DNA of 64,000 nucleotides from the sequence record PZ379075.1; one strand, 5' to 3'. Positions 38,151 to 48,555 of the stretch are shown here, one piece after another. Source of the DNA: a phage. Both the position numbers and the translations under genes were made by a program. The number at the start of each line of letters is the position of its first letter. Within the stretch, counting starts at the first letter, position 1. Under the pieces are notes generated by a model. The model saw only the letters and a program-made list of their open reading frames with translations. It made no database searches and was not told the origin of the DNA.

Positions 38151-39806
38151 TTATTGAGTGAACCAGCTCGTATCTTCAACAGCTGATAGAGCACCATTAA
38201 GCTTAGGATTGGTTGCTGCACCACCAACCGCTTCTTCTGCTTGTTCAGAGAAAACACCTAGAGGGTCATAGAAACCACCAGAAGGGATTGCACGGTTGAC
38301 CAATGCAGTAGCTCTCTTCTTATCCATACCAGAACCAATGTAAGCTTCAATCGTAGCTCTCTTAGCATCAGCAACACCTTTCATTGCAGAGGTATGACCA
38401 ACGTTAGCTTGCTTACGAGCATAAGCAAGAGCAGAATCAGTAGGACGCCATCCAGACTTCAGTGCAAACTTGTTGCCAACACGAACGAAGATTGACGGGT
38501 CTTCTGCAAAGTGCCCCAAGTCTTCTTCGGTAAGAGAACGAGTAGCACCGATTTCAGCCCTTGCGGAGTTCATGATAGCTTGCATGTAAGCAGAACGAGC
38601 TGTCTGATAGTCTTTATCCTTAACAGCCTTATCAGCCAAATCCAAGTCTTTATTAGACTGGTTAAACAGGCCACCTTTCTCTGCCCACTGCTTAGCAACC
38701 GTACCTTCAGCTGTATTCTGAGCAAGACGAACTTCTTTCGGGTTAAAGTTAAAACTCTGAGCAGCTTGTTCAGCACGTTCAGCCTTGACTTGATCACGAT
38801 ACCCAATCAACTCTTTCTGACGTTCAAAGTTCATATTAGCCCTTTCTTCAGCAGCACGACGAGTTTCCTCAGCACGCTCACGCATAGTCTGCTCTTGAAT
38901 CTGTTGACGTCTATCCCATTCAGCATTTTGTCGTTCTTCACGAGCAGCATACAGCGCTTCTTTCTGAGCAGGGTCTACAGCTCTCATCTTCAGTAGAGAC
39001 GGGTCTCCGTTAGCAATAGCAGCTGCAATCGAGTCTTGAGAGAAGCCTTGTTCAATCAGAGCATCACGGTTAGCTTCCAGTTGCTTCTTAGTCTCATCTT
39101 GATTAGCCATTCCCTGACCAATCTGGAAAGCTTCAATAGGAGACTTACCTGACATAATGGAAAGACCTACACCCATCAAACCTGTGTAGAAACTGGAGTT
39201 TTGGTAGAATGGTTCTTTCTGTAGTTTGTTCCAAGCTTCCGAAGGGTCTTTAGCTTTCGCAACTTGCAAGATATCGTTGTTAACACGTTCCTGATCTTTA
39301 GCACGAGTAGCAGCAGCCATTCCATCACCAGTGTCTTGTCCTTGAGCAAGAGTATTAATCACACCCTGTGCCTGTTCCACCTGAGAAGGAGTAAACTCCA
39401 TAGGACCAGCTTCTAGTGGTTTAGGAGGAGGTGTTACCGGAAGAGGGCCACTAGGCATAAGCCCAGCATCCTGTAAACCTTGATCAGTGGATAGGTTAGG
39501 ATTAGCTGATACAGGGGCCGGTGCTCCAATATCAATACCCTGAAGACTGGTAGGAGTTCCTTGATTCTGCTGTTCCATAAGACGTTGCTGGAATCCCGGA
39601 TTAACCATAGCATTCTGATCTTCCTCTGCCTGAGAGACAAGACCCGCAAGAGATGAAGGTACAGCAGGACGTTGATACATAGAAATATCTGCTGTCTGAG
39701 TAGGTCTAGCCATATAAGGAGAGGCCGAAGCCGCTCCCGGATTAACACCATAGAAAGTATTTCTCGGGTCACGACTTCTGACCTGAGCGTAAGTTGTCTG
39801 TTGCAT
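38151..39806 (-). CDS. hypothetical structural protein (Q-rich)
   Basis: 551-aa ORF. Confidence 0.55.
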   Translation of the reverse strand: MQQTTYAQVRSRDPRNTFYGVNPGAASASPYMARPTQTADISMYQRPAVPSSLAGLVSQAEEDQNAMVNPGFQQRLMEQQNQGTPTSLQGIDIGAPAPVSANPNLSTDQGLQDAGLMPSGPLPVTPPPKPLEAGPMEFTPSQVEQAQGVINTLAQGQDTGDGMAAATRAKDQERVNNDILQVAKAKDPSEAWNKLQKEPFYQNSSFYTGLMGVGLSIMSGKSPIEAFQIGQGMANQDETKKQLEANRDALIEQGFSQDSIAAAIANGDPSLLKMRAVDPAQKEALYAAREERQNAEWDRRQQIQEQTMRERAEETRRAAEERANMNFERQKELIGYRDQVKAERAEQAAQSFNFNPKEVRLAQNTAEGTVAKQWAEKGGLFNQSNKDLDLADKAVKDKDYQTARSAYMQAIMNSARAEIGATRSLTEEDLGHFAEDPSIFVRVGNKFALKSGWRPTDSALAYARKQANVGHTSAMKGVADAKRATIEAYIGSGMDKKRATALVNRAIPSGGFYDPLGVFSEQAEEAVGGAATNPKLNGALSAVEDTSWFTQ

Positions 39807-39819
39807 ATTTATCTCCTAA

Positions 39820-40788
39820 TTAAGTACTAGCCAACCCACCGATTACACCCCCAGCTAATGCACCCCAAGGTCCAAAGGAAGAGCCACCTGCTGCACCACT
39901 CATAGCTCCACCAAGGAAACCACCTTTGCCACCAGATGTTTTAGTAGTTGTAGTTTGTCCGAGAGCACCGTTAAGTACACCTGCTGCACCGAGTTGGTTA
40001 TTGATATCTTGCCATCCCCAATTAGCTGCGTTCTGAGCATTCTGGTAGGCATTATCATATTCATTCTGTTGTTGCTGTTGTTGCTGCAACCCTGCATTCC
40101 ATTGATTCATTATTTGCTGTTGAGACAAATTAGCACCCTGCTGACCTAGGTTAGAAAGGTTAGAACCAATATTAGAAAGACCAGAGAGAGCAGCTGCCTG
40201 ATTCTGTCTATTACCAGAGAGGATGCTTTCAGCTTGGCTGATAGCCGAGTTATATGCACTATTGGTAATATCTGTTGCTTGCCCTTGCATCTGATTCAGA
40301 GCATCACCTTGGGCAAAAGATTTAGCCATACGAGCACCTGAACCCTGCTGACCAGCATACTGTTGAGCTAACTGAGGAAGAGCATTACGTGCCAAGTTCT
40401 GTTGAACCTGTTCATTATTAGCTGTAATGGCTGCTTGCACAGCGTCATCATCATACAGTTGACCAGCGAGAGCACCAATCTGTTCTCCAGTAATCCCACC
40501 TTGTCCAGAGAGGCTCTGATAGCCTTTATAGGCATTATCCAGATACCCTAACCCTTGACCTGCTGCATCCATGTATTGCTGTGAGAGAGTGCCCAAAGCG
40601 CCAGATTGTGCTAGGTTATTAAGTGCCTCTGTCTGATTGTTATTAAACCCTACATTGTCACGATAGACATAATCCCCTGAACTAGTATTACCAATCTGTT
40701 GGTTAAGCTGGTCAATATACTGTTGAATGTATTCAGGGCGAATCATTTGGGAAGTAGTTTTACTACCCCCGCCTCCGAAAAGTCCCAT
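39820..40788 (-). CDS. Q/N-rich low-complexity virion protein, paralog 1 (C-terminal glycine zipper)
   Basis: 322 aa; N-terminal MGLFGGGG, QQQQQQ run, NQWNAG...WGWQDINNQLG shared with 40801-41853; C-terminal GGFLGGAMSGAAGG. Confidence 0.5.
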   Translation of the reverse strand: MGLFGGGGSKTTSQMIRPEYIQQYIDQLNQQIGNTSSGDYVYRDNVGFNNNQTEALNNLAQSGALGTLSQQYMDAAGQGLGYLDNAYKGYQSLSGQGGITGEQIGALAGQLYDDDAVQAAITANNEQVQQNLARNALPQLAQQYAGQQGSGARMAKSFAQGDALNQMQGQATDITNSAYNSAISQAESILSGNRQNQAAALSGLSNIGSNLSNLGQQGANLSQQQIMNQWNAGLQQQQQQQNEYDNAYQNAQNAANWGWQDINNQLGAAGVLNGALGQTTTTKTSGGKGGFLGGAMSGAAGGSSFGPWGALAGGVIGGLAST

Positions 40789-40800
40789 ATCAAATCTCCT

Positions 40801-41853
40801 TTAGTTTGCTCCAAATGCCCCTAAGACACCACCTAAGATATTACTACCTGCTGTGGATAACCAGTTAGACTGACCTCTCTGTTGAGAAAGATTAGAACCA
40901 CCAATCATAGGACCAGCCATTCCAGATTGCCCACCTGAGTTGTTATAGGAACTCCAAGCATTCTGAGTCTGTTGATTAGGAGAGAAAGCACCCATACGAC
41001 CTGCAATACCTAATCCAGTGATACCAGCACCTAGGAGCTGTTGTCCAGTATTAACCCCCGGAGCAGCATTCTTAATCGTGTACCCAGCCATTGGGCTTAC
41101 ACTATTTAATACATTAAGTTGGTTGTTAAGCTGATTCCACCCATACTGTTGAGAGCCAATAGCGTTCTGCCAATTAATATCAGCTTGAGCTTGGGCTTGT
41201 TGCTGTTGTAGATTACCAGCCATGAGTTGATTCTGGATAGCTTGTTGAGTTGCCTGAACACCTTGAGCACCAAGATTGAGATTCTGTCCAGCCAATCCTG
41301 ACTGAGCACCAAGTAAGCCCCTCTGGAAGTTTTGGTCTTGTTGAAGAGCACTGATTCCCATATTCTTGCCACTGATAGTACGAGCTAAGTTTGTATTAGC
41401 ACTGTTCAGAGCAGCACCTTGAGCAGCAGCTCTACGGAGAGAGCCTGAATCAGAACCATTTCCGAGGGATACATTGGAAGCTGCCTTACTAGTCGCTTGA
41501 GCAAGAGCTGAGTTATTCAATCCTTTACTAAAGTTATTAACACCATCAGCAGTTAGACCACCACCATTGACAATATTCTGATACTGCTGTGCAAGAGAAT
41601 TTAATTGGTCCAACCCTTGCTGTGTACGAGGCGTGTACATATCAGCCAATTGCTTCTGAGTAGTAGAAGCTGCTAAGTTGTTCAGAGCACCCTGTTGGTT
41701 GCCATTAAACCCAGCCAGTTGTTGGGAGATGAATCCCGGATCGTTGTTCTGCATATTCTGAGCATTAGCAACAATCTGCTTCAGCAGGGCATCAACCTGA
41801 GAGGAAGGGGCCACTGTGGTTTTGCTAGAAGCTGATTTTCCAAATAAAGACAT
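40801..41853 (-). CDS. Q/N-rich low-complexity virion protein, paralog 2
   Basis: 350 aa; N-terminal MSLFGK, NLQQQQAQAQADINWQNA...YGWNQLNNQLN. Confidence 0.5.
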   Translation of the reverse strand: MSLFGKSASSKTTVAPSSQVDALLKQIVANAQNMQNNDPGFISQQLAGFNGNQQGALNNLAASTTQKQLADMYTPRTQQGLDQLNSLAQQYQNIVNGGGLTADGVNNFSKGLNNSALAQATSKAASNVSLGNGSDSGSLRRAAAQGAALNSANTNLARTISGKNMGISALQQDQNFQRGLLGAQSGLAGQNLNLGAQGVQATQQAIQNQLMAGNLQQQQAQAQADINWQNAIGSQQYGWNQLNNQLNVLNSVSPMAGYTIKNAAPGVNTGQQLLGAGITGLGIAGRMGAFSPNQQTQNAWSSYNNSGGQSGMAGPMIGGSNLSQQRGQSNWLSTAGSNILGGVLGAFGAN

Positions 41854-41872
41854 AAGTCCTCCTTAAAGATTA

Positions 41873-42655
41873 TTACTTTACACCAATGCTAGCCAAACGT
41901 CTGAGCACTGCTTGTGTTTGTGGACTGTACTGAGAACCTGCTGCATGTGGTGCACTTGCCCTCTGAACTGTTTGAGAAGTCGGAGGTTTACCAGCAAGCA
42001 TAGCAGCTACACCTAATACTGCATTACCAAAGTTCTGTTGAGGCTTCTGATCTTCCCCTTCCTGCACTTCATCAGAGTAAAACTCTACTGGATTTCCTCC
42101 TAAAGCACCTGTCTTAGAAGCAGTAATGTCTGCCTGAGTTGGAGCTTGTGCGGCTTTCTCTCTATCTAACAAGTCAGGACTAAACTGATTGACTGGTTGA
42201 ACAGCTTGCAAAGCTCCAACAGGGTTAGCAATCTGAGAAGCTGCATCACCATAGAAAGGAAGAAAGTGTTTATTGTTCATGGAGTCAAGAGCTTGTGGAG
42301 TAAATCCCTTTTTACCAGCGAACATTTGCTTAGCACCACCGATACCTTCTGAGTAACCAACCATTGCTTTCTTAACATCACCATTAAAAGCCTTTAAGTT
42401 ATCTCGAATATAACGAGCACCCATATCAATATTCTTTGCTGGGTCAAGTCTGTCTTCTAGTTTGTAGCCGTAGTCTTTAGCCAACCCTTTACTGATCTGC
42501 ATTAAACCTACAGGACCAGTTCCAGAAGCCACTGTAGGACGACCACTAGACTCCCTTTGGATTACAGCATGAATCAAAGCAGCAGGAATCCCATACTTCT
42601 TTGAAGCCTGTTGAACCATTGGGTCTAGTTCTTCAATACCCATCTTAATTGCCAT
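41873..42655 (-). CDS. lytic transglycosylase (SLT domain) protein
   Basis: GLMQISKGLAKDYGY and overall SLT-like N-terminal domain with catalytic-Glu context (QRESSG). Confidence 0.6.
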   Translation of the reverse strand: MAIKMGIEELDPMVQQASKKYGIPAALIHAVIQRESSGRPTVASGTGPVGLMQISKGLAKDYGYKLEDRLDPAKNIDMGARYIRDNLKAFNGDVKKAMVGYSEGIGGAKQMFAGKKGFTPQALDSMNNKHFLPFYGDAASQIANPVGALQAVQPVNQFSPDLLDREKAAQAPTQADITASKTGALGGNPVEFYSDEVQEGEDQKPQQNFGNAVLGVAAMLAGKPPTSQTVQRASAPHAAGSQYSPQTQAVLRRLASIGVK

Positions 42656-42667
42656 AATATCTCCTTG

Positions 42668-43699
42668 TTATAGTCCAGCAAAAACCTTAGCTGCATTTAT
42701 TACAGGAACTGATAAATTAACTACAGTATCAGCTCCTAGGTCGTAATTTTGATCCCACTGAAACAGATATCTTCCATAGCCAGTTCCTATGCTAGAGCCA
42801 CTCATTGTGTGAGATCTCATTTGCTGATATCTCCACCCACTACCTCGACCTTTTATTGCACCTATTCCAGAAGTAAGAGGTATCATAGGATATGCCATAC
42901 CAGTGTTGCCCCCTCCCGAACCAATAAAATTGTCTACAGTGAAAGGTGTTCTATTAGTAGAGAAGACACATTGAGTTGTCCCAGGAGAATATATGTTTAA
43001 CCCACCATTATGCTCAGGAACACCAGCTCCGTTACAGAACACAGCGACTCTAACAAAGACAGAACCACCTTCGTTAGTGTTACCATTGACATAAGGCCTA
43101 TTCTGATAGACTCGAATAACCCTATCATCAGATGTGTAAGATAAACCGATCCCTCCATCAGACCAATTAGCAAACACAACAGCATTGGTCATATTGAACC
43201 CACCAATATTTGGTATCTGAAGGGAGTTGTTTATGGTCCCCTGCCAAGCCCAAATACATTGACCAACAACCCCACTATCAGAGATTGAGAAATAATCTGC
43301 TGTATTTGAGAAAGTGATTCCATAGTTTCTGTCAGCTCTAGGCCATATTTGGTATACGTTGAACCCACAGTCAAATAGTGGGTTACTACCGGGATTCTGG
43401 TTCAGAGTCACCCTAAAAGATGAGTTATTTTCTACATAGATGTTATTTACACAATAAACATCAGGGACTAAGTTAGGAGGGACTTCCCATTGCCAGCATA
43501 GAGAACCAGTAGGAACAATAACTATCTGACCGCTACCATCCCATCCACTAATAGGGAAAGATCTCCCTGCTCCGTTAAAGTTAAAACTCCCTCTTATACT
43601 ATTTTTGAACTGAGGGAAAGTGCTTCCACTGTCTATAAAAAGAGGGGCTGGTGTAGCTGGTCCCGGCCCTACTGGTTGTGTCCAAATTCCATATGCCAT
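42668..43699 (-). CDS. hypothetical structural protein (possible receptor-binding or tail protein)
   Basis: 343-aa ORF, Gly/Asn/Ser-rich beta-type composition. Confidence 0.45.
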   Translation of the reverse strand: MAYGIWTQPVGPGPATPAPLFIDSGSTFPQFKNSIRGSFNFNGAGRSFPISGWDGSGQIVIVPTGSLCWQWEVPPNLVPDVYCVNNIYVENNSSFRVTLNQNPGSNPLFDCGFNVYQIWPRADRNYGITFSNTADYFSISDSGVVGQCIWAWQGTINNSLQIPNIGGFNMTNAVVFANWSDGGIGLSYTSDDRVIRVYQNRPYVNGNTNEGGSVFVRVAVFCNGAGVPEHNGGLNIYSPGTTQCVFSTNRTPFTVDNFIGSGGGNTGMAYPMIPLTSGIGAIKGRGSGWRYQQMRSHTMSGSSIGTGYGRYLFQWDQNYDLGADTVVNLSVPVINAAKVFAGL

Positions 43700-43700
43700 A

Positions 43701-44669
43701 TCACCAACTCCCTATCCTAATTCTCAGAGCACCACTTCCATCGTAGAAGTCTATCCTGTTTCCATTCATCCACAACTGTGCCCCACCTGTACCACCCATA
43801 ACAAAATCACCACCAACAGTAAGTCTCCAGTTAGAACCCCACATAGAACCAGCAGTAATCTTATCCGCTGATAAGTTCTGAATCTGAGCATTGGAGATAG
43901 ATACGTTATCAATCTGTGCCCATTGGATTCTAGCGTTAGCAATCTGGGCTGTTGTGATGTTGACGTTCTTTATGTCAGCGAATTCCATCCTAGCTCTACC
44001 ACCCTCAAACACAAAAGGTGTGTTACCAGAGTTGCCATCACCAACAATAAACTTGTTAGCTGTTACTTGGAATTGACTGTTTGTTCCGTTGTTAGTTAAC
44101 TTGACCCCAGCATATCTTCCGTTTACTGTAGAGTTAACTCCCCATGTAGCTTCATACTCAGAAAGCTTCATATACTGAGAGAGGCTTCCGTTAATATTTT
44201 GAATCTCTGTCTGAACTAAAGCAATCTCTTGACCTTGGTCGTTGACAATACCTTCTACCGTTTGAATCTTAGTTGTGTTACCCTCAATACTTGTTTTAAA
44301 GCCAGATACAGTGCTTTCTAATTTTACAGGAGGTTGAACAGAATTATCCCAAATATCTTCAGTGGAGAGATTCCCCATCTGTGTTTGGATATCGGCAATA
44401 GCTGTCTCTATCTCTGTAGTAATTCTATTCTCAAGCTCATCAAATTGTAAGTTCATCGCATGAAGAGCTTTGATACGAACATCAATCTCATCGTGAATCT
44501 CATCAATAGCTTGGAACATTTGGTTAGTAGCTGTGCTGACTTTCTGTAGCTCGTCATATACGGCTACGTTATATGTTTCTGTGTCCTGTACATTATTGAG
44601 AAACCCAACGTTGTACGGGAGTGTGGTGTTATTACGACCAGTGTTCTTACGAAAACCACCTGCACCCAT
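43701..44669 (-). CDS. tail fiber-like protein
   Basis: Start moved to the ATG at 44669 (GGAGGA RBS); N-terminal coiled-coil region, C-terminal repetitive N.SI.NAQIQ segments. Confidence 0.45.
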   Translation of the reverse strand: MGAGGFRKNTGRNNTTLPYNVGFLNNVQDTETYNVAVYDELQKVSTATNQMFQAIDEIHDEIDVRIKALHAMNLQFDELENRITTEIETAIADIQTQMGNLSTEDIWDNSVQPPVKLESTVSGFKTSIEGNTTKIQTVEGIVNDQGQEIALVQTEIQNINGSLSQYMKLSEYEATWGVNSTVNGRYAGVKLTNNGTNSQFQVTANKFIVGDGNSGNTPFVFEGGRARMEFADIKNVNITTAQIANARIQWAQIDNVSISNAQIQNLSADKITAGSMWGSNWRLTVGGDFVMGGTGGAQLWMNGNRIDFYDGSGALRIRIGSW

Positions 44670-44680
44670 AAGTTCCTCCA

Positions 44681-44706
44681 AAACAATAAAAGGGGCACGA
44701 AGCCCC
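44681..44706 (-). terminator. intrinsic terminator on the - strand
   Basis: + strand reads aaacaataaa-aggggc-acgaa-gcccc; on the - strand the hairpin is followed by UUUUAUUGUUUU. Confidence 0.45.
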
Positions 44707-44712
44707 TTGTTG

Positions 44713-47700
44713 TTATCTCCGTCCGCCAACAGCAAACTCTATCGTTAACCCATTGATAGCAGCATTACTGTTAACATCATTATCTATAACATTATAGAAA
44801 AGGTATGGATGGTTCAGTCTCACTGAGACATGCCTGTCAACACCAATCGTATAAGTCTTAGACGTGTGTGGGTGTCCATATTCATTTGAGAATTGACTAC
44901 CTCCAGCTTCAAAGGTATAAGTACCTGAGCCAGTTGTCTGAGGACGGAATCTGTTAATATGCTTCTGATTCCACTCATTCGTCACATTATCAAAATCTAT
45001 ACCAGTCCTCTCCAATCTCATCTCCAGAGGTTTCTCTATAACAGTATCATTTAGCCTGTCATAGAAATAATCAAGAGCCCCTACATCCACTTGATAGAAT
45101 CCCCTCAAGAACGAGCCTACTATCGTAACCCTCTGCCTAAAGTTTGTTGCATCCTTTCTCCAAACAAGTTCTTTGATAGATGGGTCATCCCAAGTGATCT
45201 CTTGGAAGTCAGACCAGATTGGACCTCTCTCTAAAACAGGAGGGTCAACCAGACCGATACACTGAGCATAAGGGATAGTACGGAAAGACCAAGTATCAAA
45301 CTCATAATTCCATACAGCAGCTTTAGTACAAGCGAAGCTTTCTTTCGGCTCTCCCGGACCTACATAGAGAACCCAAACTTCTTTCTTATCCTGATGCAAG
45401 TGTACTCGAGTTGCTAGAGGGTTAACCAGACACACCTCGTTAATCAGCATGTTCTTGACACGGTTAGATGCAATTGACTTCTTGGTTGCACCATTGTGTA
45501 AGATTACATCGTTCTGAGTAACTACGAAGTGACTGCCTTCTACTTCAACCACACACTCAGGAGCAAGGATACCAGAGTCGTTAAAGAGCTTCTTGAACAT
45601 TAGAGGTTGGTACGTGTTATTAGTCGGAGAACCAATATACGTTTCAAACTCTGTATAAACAAACAAGTAATCTTTAAGAGGTAGGATATCAATCAAGCTG
45701 CCGTTAGAGTCAGCTAAATCAATGTAACCAGCATATCCGTTCTCTAGAGCCTGAGTCTGCCCTACAATGTTAGAAGCCAAGTCCGAAGACACAACTCTAT
45801 CATAGGCAAAGTCATCCCACAGTGTAGGAGCTTTGTTCTCGTTGGCAAAGTTAGACCAACGAAGACGAAGTGGATAGTTAGTGGTAACACCAGAAGCATT
45901 AGCCTCTCTCATATTCAGAGCAAAAAGACGGTTGTTAAAAGATCTCACTCTTTCACATTTCCAGTTAAACTTCTTGACTGAAGGGTTTCCATCATTATCA
46001 ACAACTGTTTGCTCACCCCATCCCGGAAGGTCTACAAAGTATTCTGATTCGAATTCTTTTACCTGAGGAGTTTCATAGTGAGTTGTAGCAACTGCACAGT
46101 TAGAGATAACAGCGTGATACCAAGGGTAGTCATCAAAAGCATCGTAATCCTTCTGAGTCATTTGGCTGACAGTACATGTTACAGTAATCTCCCCTTTACG
46201 AAGAGCAACCAGTTTGATAGATTTACCAGTAACTGAAGTTGTAGAAACATAACCAGTCTTATCAACAGACCACTGATAAGAATAATCACCTTCTGGGGAA
46301 GCTGTAGCTGTAATAACTATTTCCTCACCAACATCAAGAGAAGCGCTGACAACATCTAAGGTTACGGATGACAAAGGAGTTGCGAACAAAGAAGCTCTTG
46401 CAAAACCCTCAATATCATTTACGTTAGAATAGTCGTAAAAGCTGTTACCTTCGTACATACCAGATGTGTCAATACCAGACATAGGCTCAGCAAAATAAAC
46501 CGTCTCTTCACTTTCAGAAGGAGTTACTACTTCTTCCTCTTGTGATTCAATTGGTTCTGATGCAGGTGCAGCAAATGCCATAGCACTTGTTCTCATCGCC
46601 CTTCCAGCTAAATCTACTCGTACAGTACAGACAGCAACCCTATTACCTTCTTCAGTGGTAGCTGTAATCTCAGTAAACCCAGCGAGTAGAGCGTTGACCG
46701 TCCCTTGTGTACTGGTCCCTGATACTGTTGCAATATTTGGATTAGAAGAGGTCCAAGTAATGTTTTGATTAGGGGCGTTAGCGGGAGAAAGGGTAGCAGT
46801 TAAGATGTATTGAGAACCTCTACTAACTATCACATCTGACTGACTTAAAGTGATACTGTCAATCTGAGGAATGGAAACAACCTCACAAGAAGCAGTCTTC
46901 GTTCCATTATCAGCAGTGATTGTTACATTGCCCTCACCATTAGCAGTAATAACAGCAGTTAGGGAATTAGCGTTAGGGGTTACGGATACAATAGAAGCAT
47001 TATTGCTGGACCAAGTTACAGGGGTTTTACCAGTAACAGCTGTAAGAGTGGTAGTCCCTCCTTTACGGATAGTAACAGCATCTTGACTCAAGAAGATGCC
47101 TGAATCGCCATCTATAATGTTAACAGCAATCTGAGCCACTACAGAATCATCAGCAGTAGATATGGTTACTACAAGATTACCCTCTCTCTCAAAAGATGTT
47201 AGAGTAGCAAGTTTAGAATCACTAGGGTCTACTGTAACACTCCCATAGGTTGAATTACTAACCTCCCAAACAAGATCGGTATTGTTAGCATCAGCAGGAA
47301 GAAGAGAAACTTCTAGATTCTTAGTCTGATTGAAGTTCATTGAGATAGTTGATTCTTTAGGAACGATTTGAGAAACGACTGGATAAATCTTAATTGAGGC
47401 AGAAGCCTTTTTAGTGACTGTAGCAACCTTACGGCTAATATCAGTCAAGCTTTCATCTGTCAGTTTATATAACTTCTTATCTGTACCTACAATAAGAAAG
47501 CTATTACCTGCGCTATAATAATCGAAAGGCATAGAAACGAAAGACAGAGGGGTTAAATCCTTATCTTCATCTACATAAGAAAGAGGGGCATTGCCCCCCG
47601 TCTTAAATACTCTCTGCTCAACAAATCGAGCATTTATAGCATTAGTGAAAGCATTAGGAGCTAAGTCTGTCGGAGCCTGATCAGCGATAACGCCTACAGC

Positions 47701-47730
47701 ACCTAACGACTTTATTGGATACAGCGCCAT
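44713..47730 (-). CDS. large structural protein with bacterial Ig-like (Big_2-type) domains
   Basis: 1005 aa; repeated about 80-aa beta-sandwich-like segments (e.g. VTISTADDSVVAQIAVNII, TITADNGTKTASCEVV) in the N-terminal half. Confidence 0.55.
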   Translation of the reverse strand: MALYPIKSLGAVGVIADQAPTDLAPNAFTNAINARFVEQRVFKTGGNAPLSYVDEDKDLTPLSFVSMPFDYYSAGNSFLIVGTDKKLYKLTDESLTDISRKVATVTKKASASIKIYPVVSQIVPKESTISMNFNQTKNLEVSLLPADANNTDLVWEVSNSTYGSVTVDPSDSKLATLTSFEREGNLVVTISTADDSVVAQIAVNIIDGDSGIFLSQDAVTIRKGGTTTLTAVTGKTPVTWSSNNASIVSVTPNANSLTAVITANGEGNVTITADNGTKTASCEVVSIPQIDSITLSQSDVIVSRGSQYILTATLSPANAPNQNITWTSSNPNIATVSGTSTQGTVNALLAGFTEITATTEEGNRVAVCTVRVDLAGRAMRTSAMAFAAPASEPIESQEEEVVTPSESEETVYFAEPMSGIDTSGMYEGNSFYDYSNVNDIEGFARASLFATPLSSVTLDVVSASLDVGEEIVITATASPEGDYSYQWSVDKTGYVSTTSVTGKSIKLVALRKGEITVTCTVSQMTQKDYDAFDDYPWYHAVISNCAVATTHYETPQVKEFESEYFVDLPGWGEQTVVDNDGNPSVKKFNWKCERVRSFNNRLFALNMREANASGVTTNYPLRLRWSNFANENKAPTLWDDFAYDRVVSSDLASNIVGQTQALENGYAGYIDLADSNGSLIDILPLKDYLFVYTEFETYIGSPTNNTYQPLMFKKLFNDSGILAPECVVEVEGSHFVVTQNDVILHNGATKKSIASNRVKNMLINEVCLVNPLATRVHLHQDKKEVWVLYVGPGEPKESFACTKAAVWNYEFDTWSFRTIPYAQCIGLVDPPVLERGPIWSDFQEITWDDPSIKELVWRKDATNFRQRVTIVGSFLRGFYQVDVGALDYFYDRLNDTVIEKPLEMRLERTGIDFDNVTNEWNQKHINRFRPQTTGSGTYTFEAGGSQFSNEYGHPHTSKTYTIGVDRHVSVRLNHPYLFYNVIDNDVNSNAAINGLTIEFAVGGRR

Positions 47731-47739
47731 AATTCCTCC

Positions 47740-48543
47740 TTAGCTAATACGTCTCCAAATGTGAGCCGCTCTGAATGGTGGCAAAGTATTAATAGGTTGA
47801 CGAGAGATATCATCACGACCAAGACTTACACTACCAGAGATTGTATGAGTGTGAGTATCATTATCAGTTCTCTGACTATATCCACCACCCGGACTATACC
47901 AGTTTGGCGAGCTGTTATGACCACTAGCATCTCCACGACCAAATACCATATTGTGACTGTGAGTATTACTGGATAGAGAGAAGCTGGAGCCATTAACTGT
48001 CATCAAAGGTACGTTCTCAGTTCGAATAGTATTGAAGACACGACCACCAGTACCACCTGCTTGGAACTCAACTCTCTGAGCATTAGGAACAGAGCCATCG
48101 GGGTTTACTACACCAGTACCCATAATGACACCAGTCACTTTAGCCCAAGAACCAAATCCTAAGGAGATAGAATCACCGGGGTTAATGTCTTCTTCAGTGA
48201 TATAGTAAGAACCAATTCGATAGAGCTTATTCTCCATCCAGTTCTTCATGAACGCTTCCATCTGACCTTTAGTAACAACATCCTTGTCACCAGTCCCCGG
48301 AGTGACGTTCTTAATCATTAGACCACCAACATCCATTGCATCGCCAGTAAACTTAAGCTTCTCTGACATAATCTTAAAGGTGTCAGAATCTATATCAACT
48401 GGCTCTGTAACATTGGGGAATGTGTTCTGTAGTGTTTGTTTAATGAGGCGGATTTGAGCCGCCCCTTCGTAGATGTAATCTCTATCTCTAGGATAGAGTG
48501 GGTTTAAATCGGTAATAACTACCGCATTAGTTTCGATAGCCAA
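47740..48543 (-). CDS. tail fiber or baseplate-like protein
   Basis: 267-aa ORF; Gly-rich C-terminal region. Confidence 0.4.
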   Translation of the reverse strand: MAIETNAVVITDLNPLYPRDRDYIYEGAAQIRLIKQTLQNTFPNVTEPVDIDSDTFKIMSEKLKFTGDAMDVGGLMIKNVTPGTGDKDVVTKGQMEAFMKNWMENKLYRIGSYYITEEDINPGDSISLGFGSWAKVTGVIMGTGVVNPDGSVPNAQRVEFQAGGTGGRVFNTIRTENVPLMTVNGSSFSLSSNTHSHNMVFGRGDASGHNSSPNWYSPGGGYSQRTDNDTHTHTISGSVSLGRDDISRQPINTLPPFRAAHIWRRIS

Positions 48544-48555
48544 ACGGCACCTCCA

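Noticed and set aside
34172-38996. Several + strand ORFs (e.g. 34485-34787, 36165-36476, 37017-37370, 38511-38996) inside the - strand structural genes
   Set aside because: They lie fully within long - strand genes and have low-complexity Ser/Leu/Phe-rich translations typical of antisense frames.
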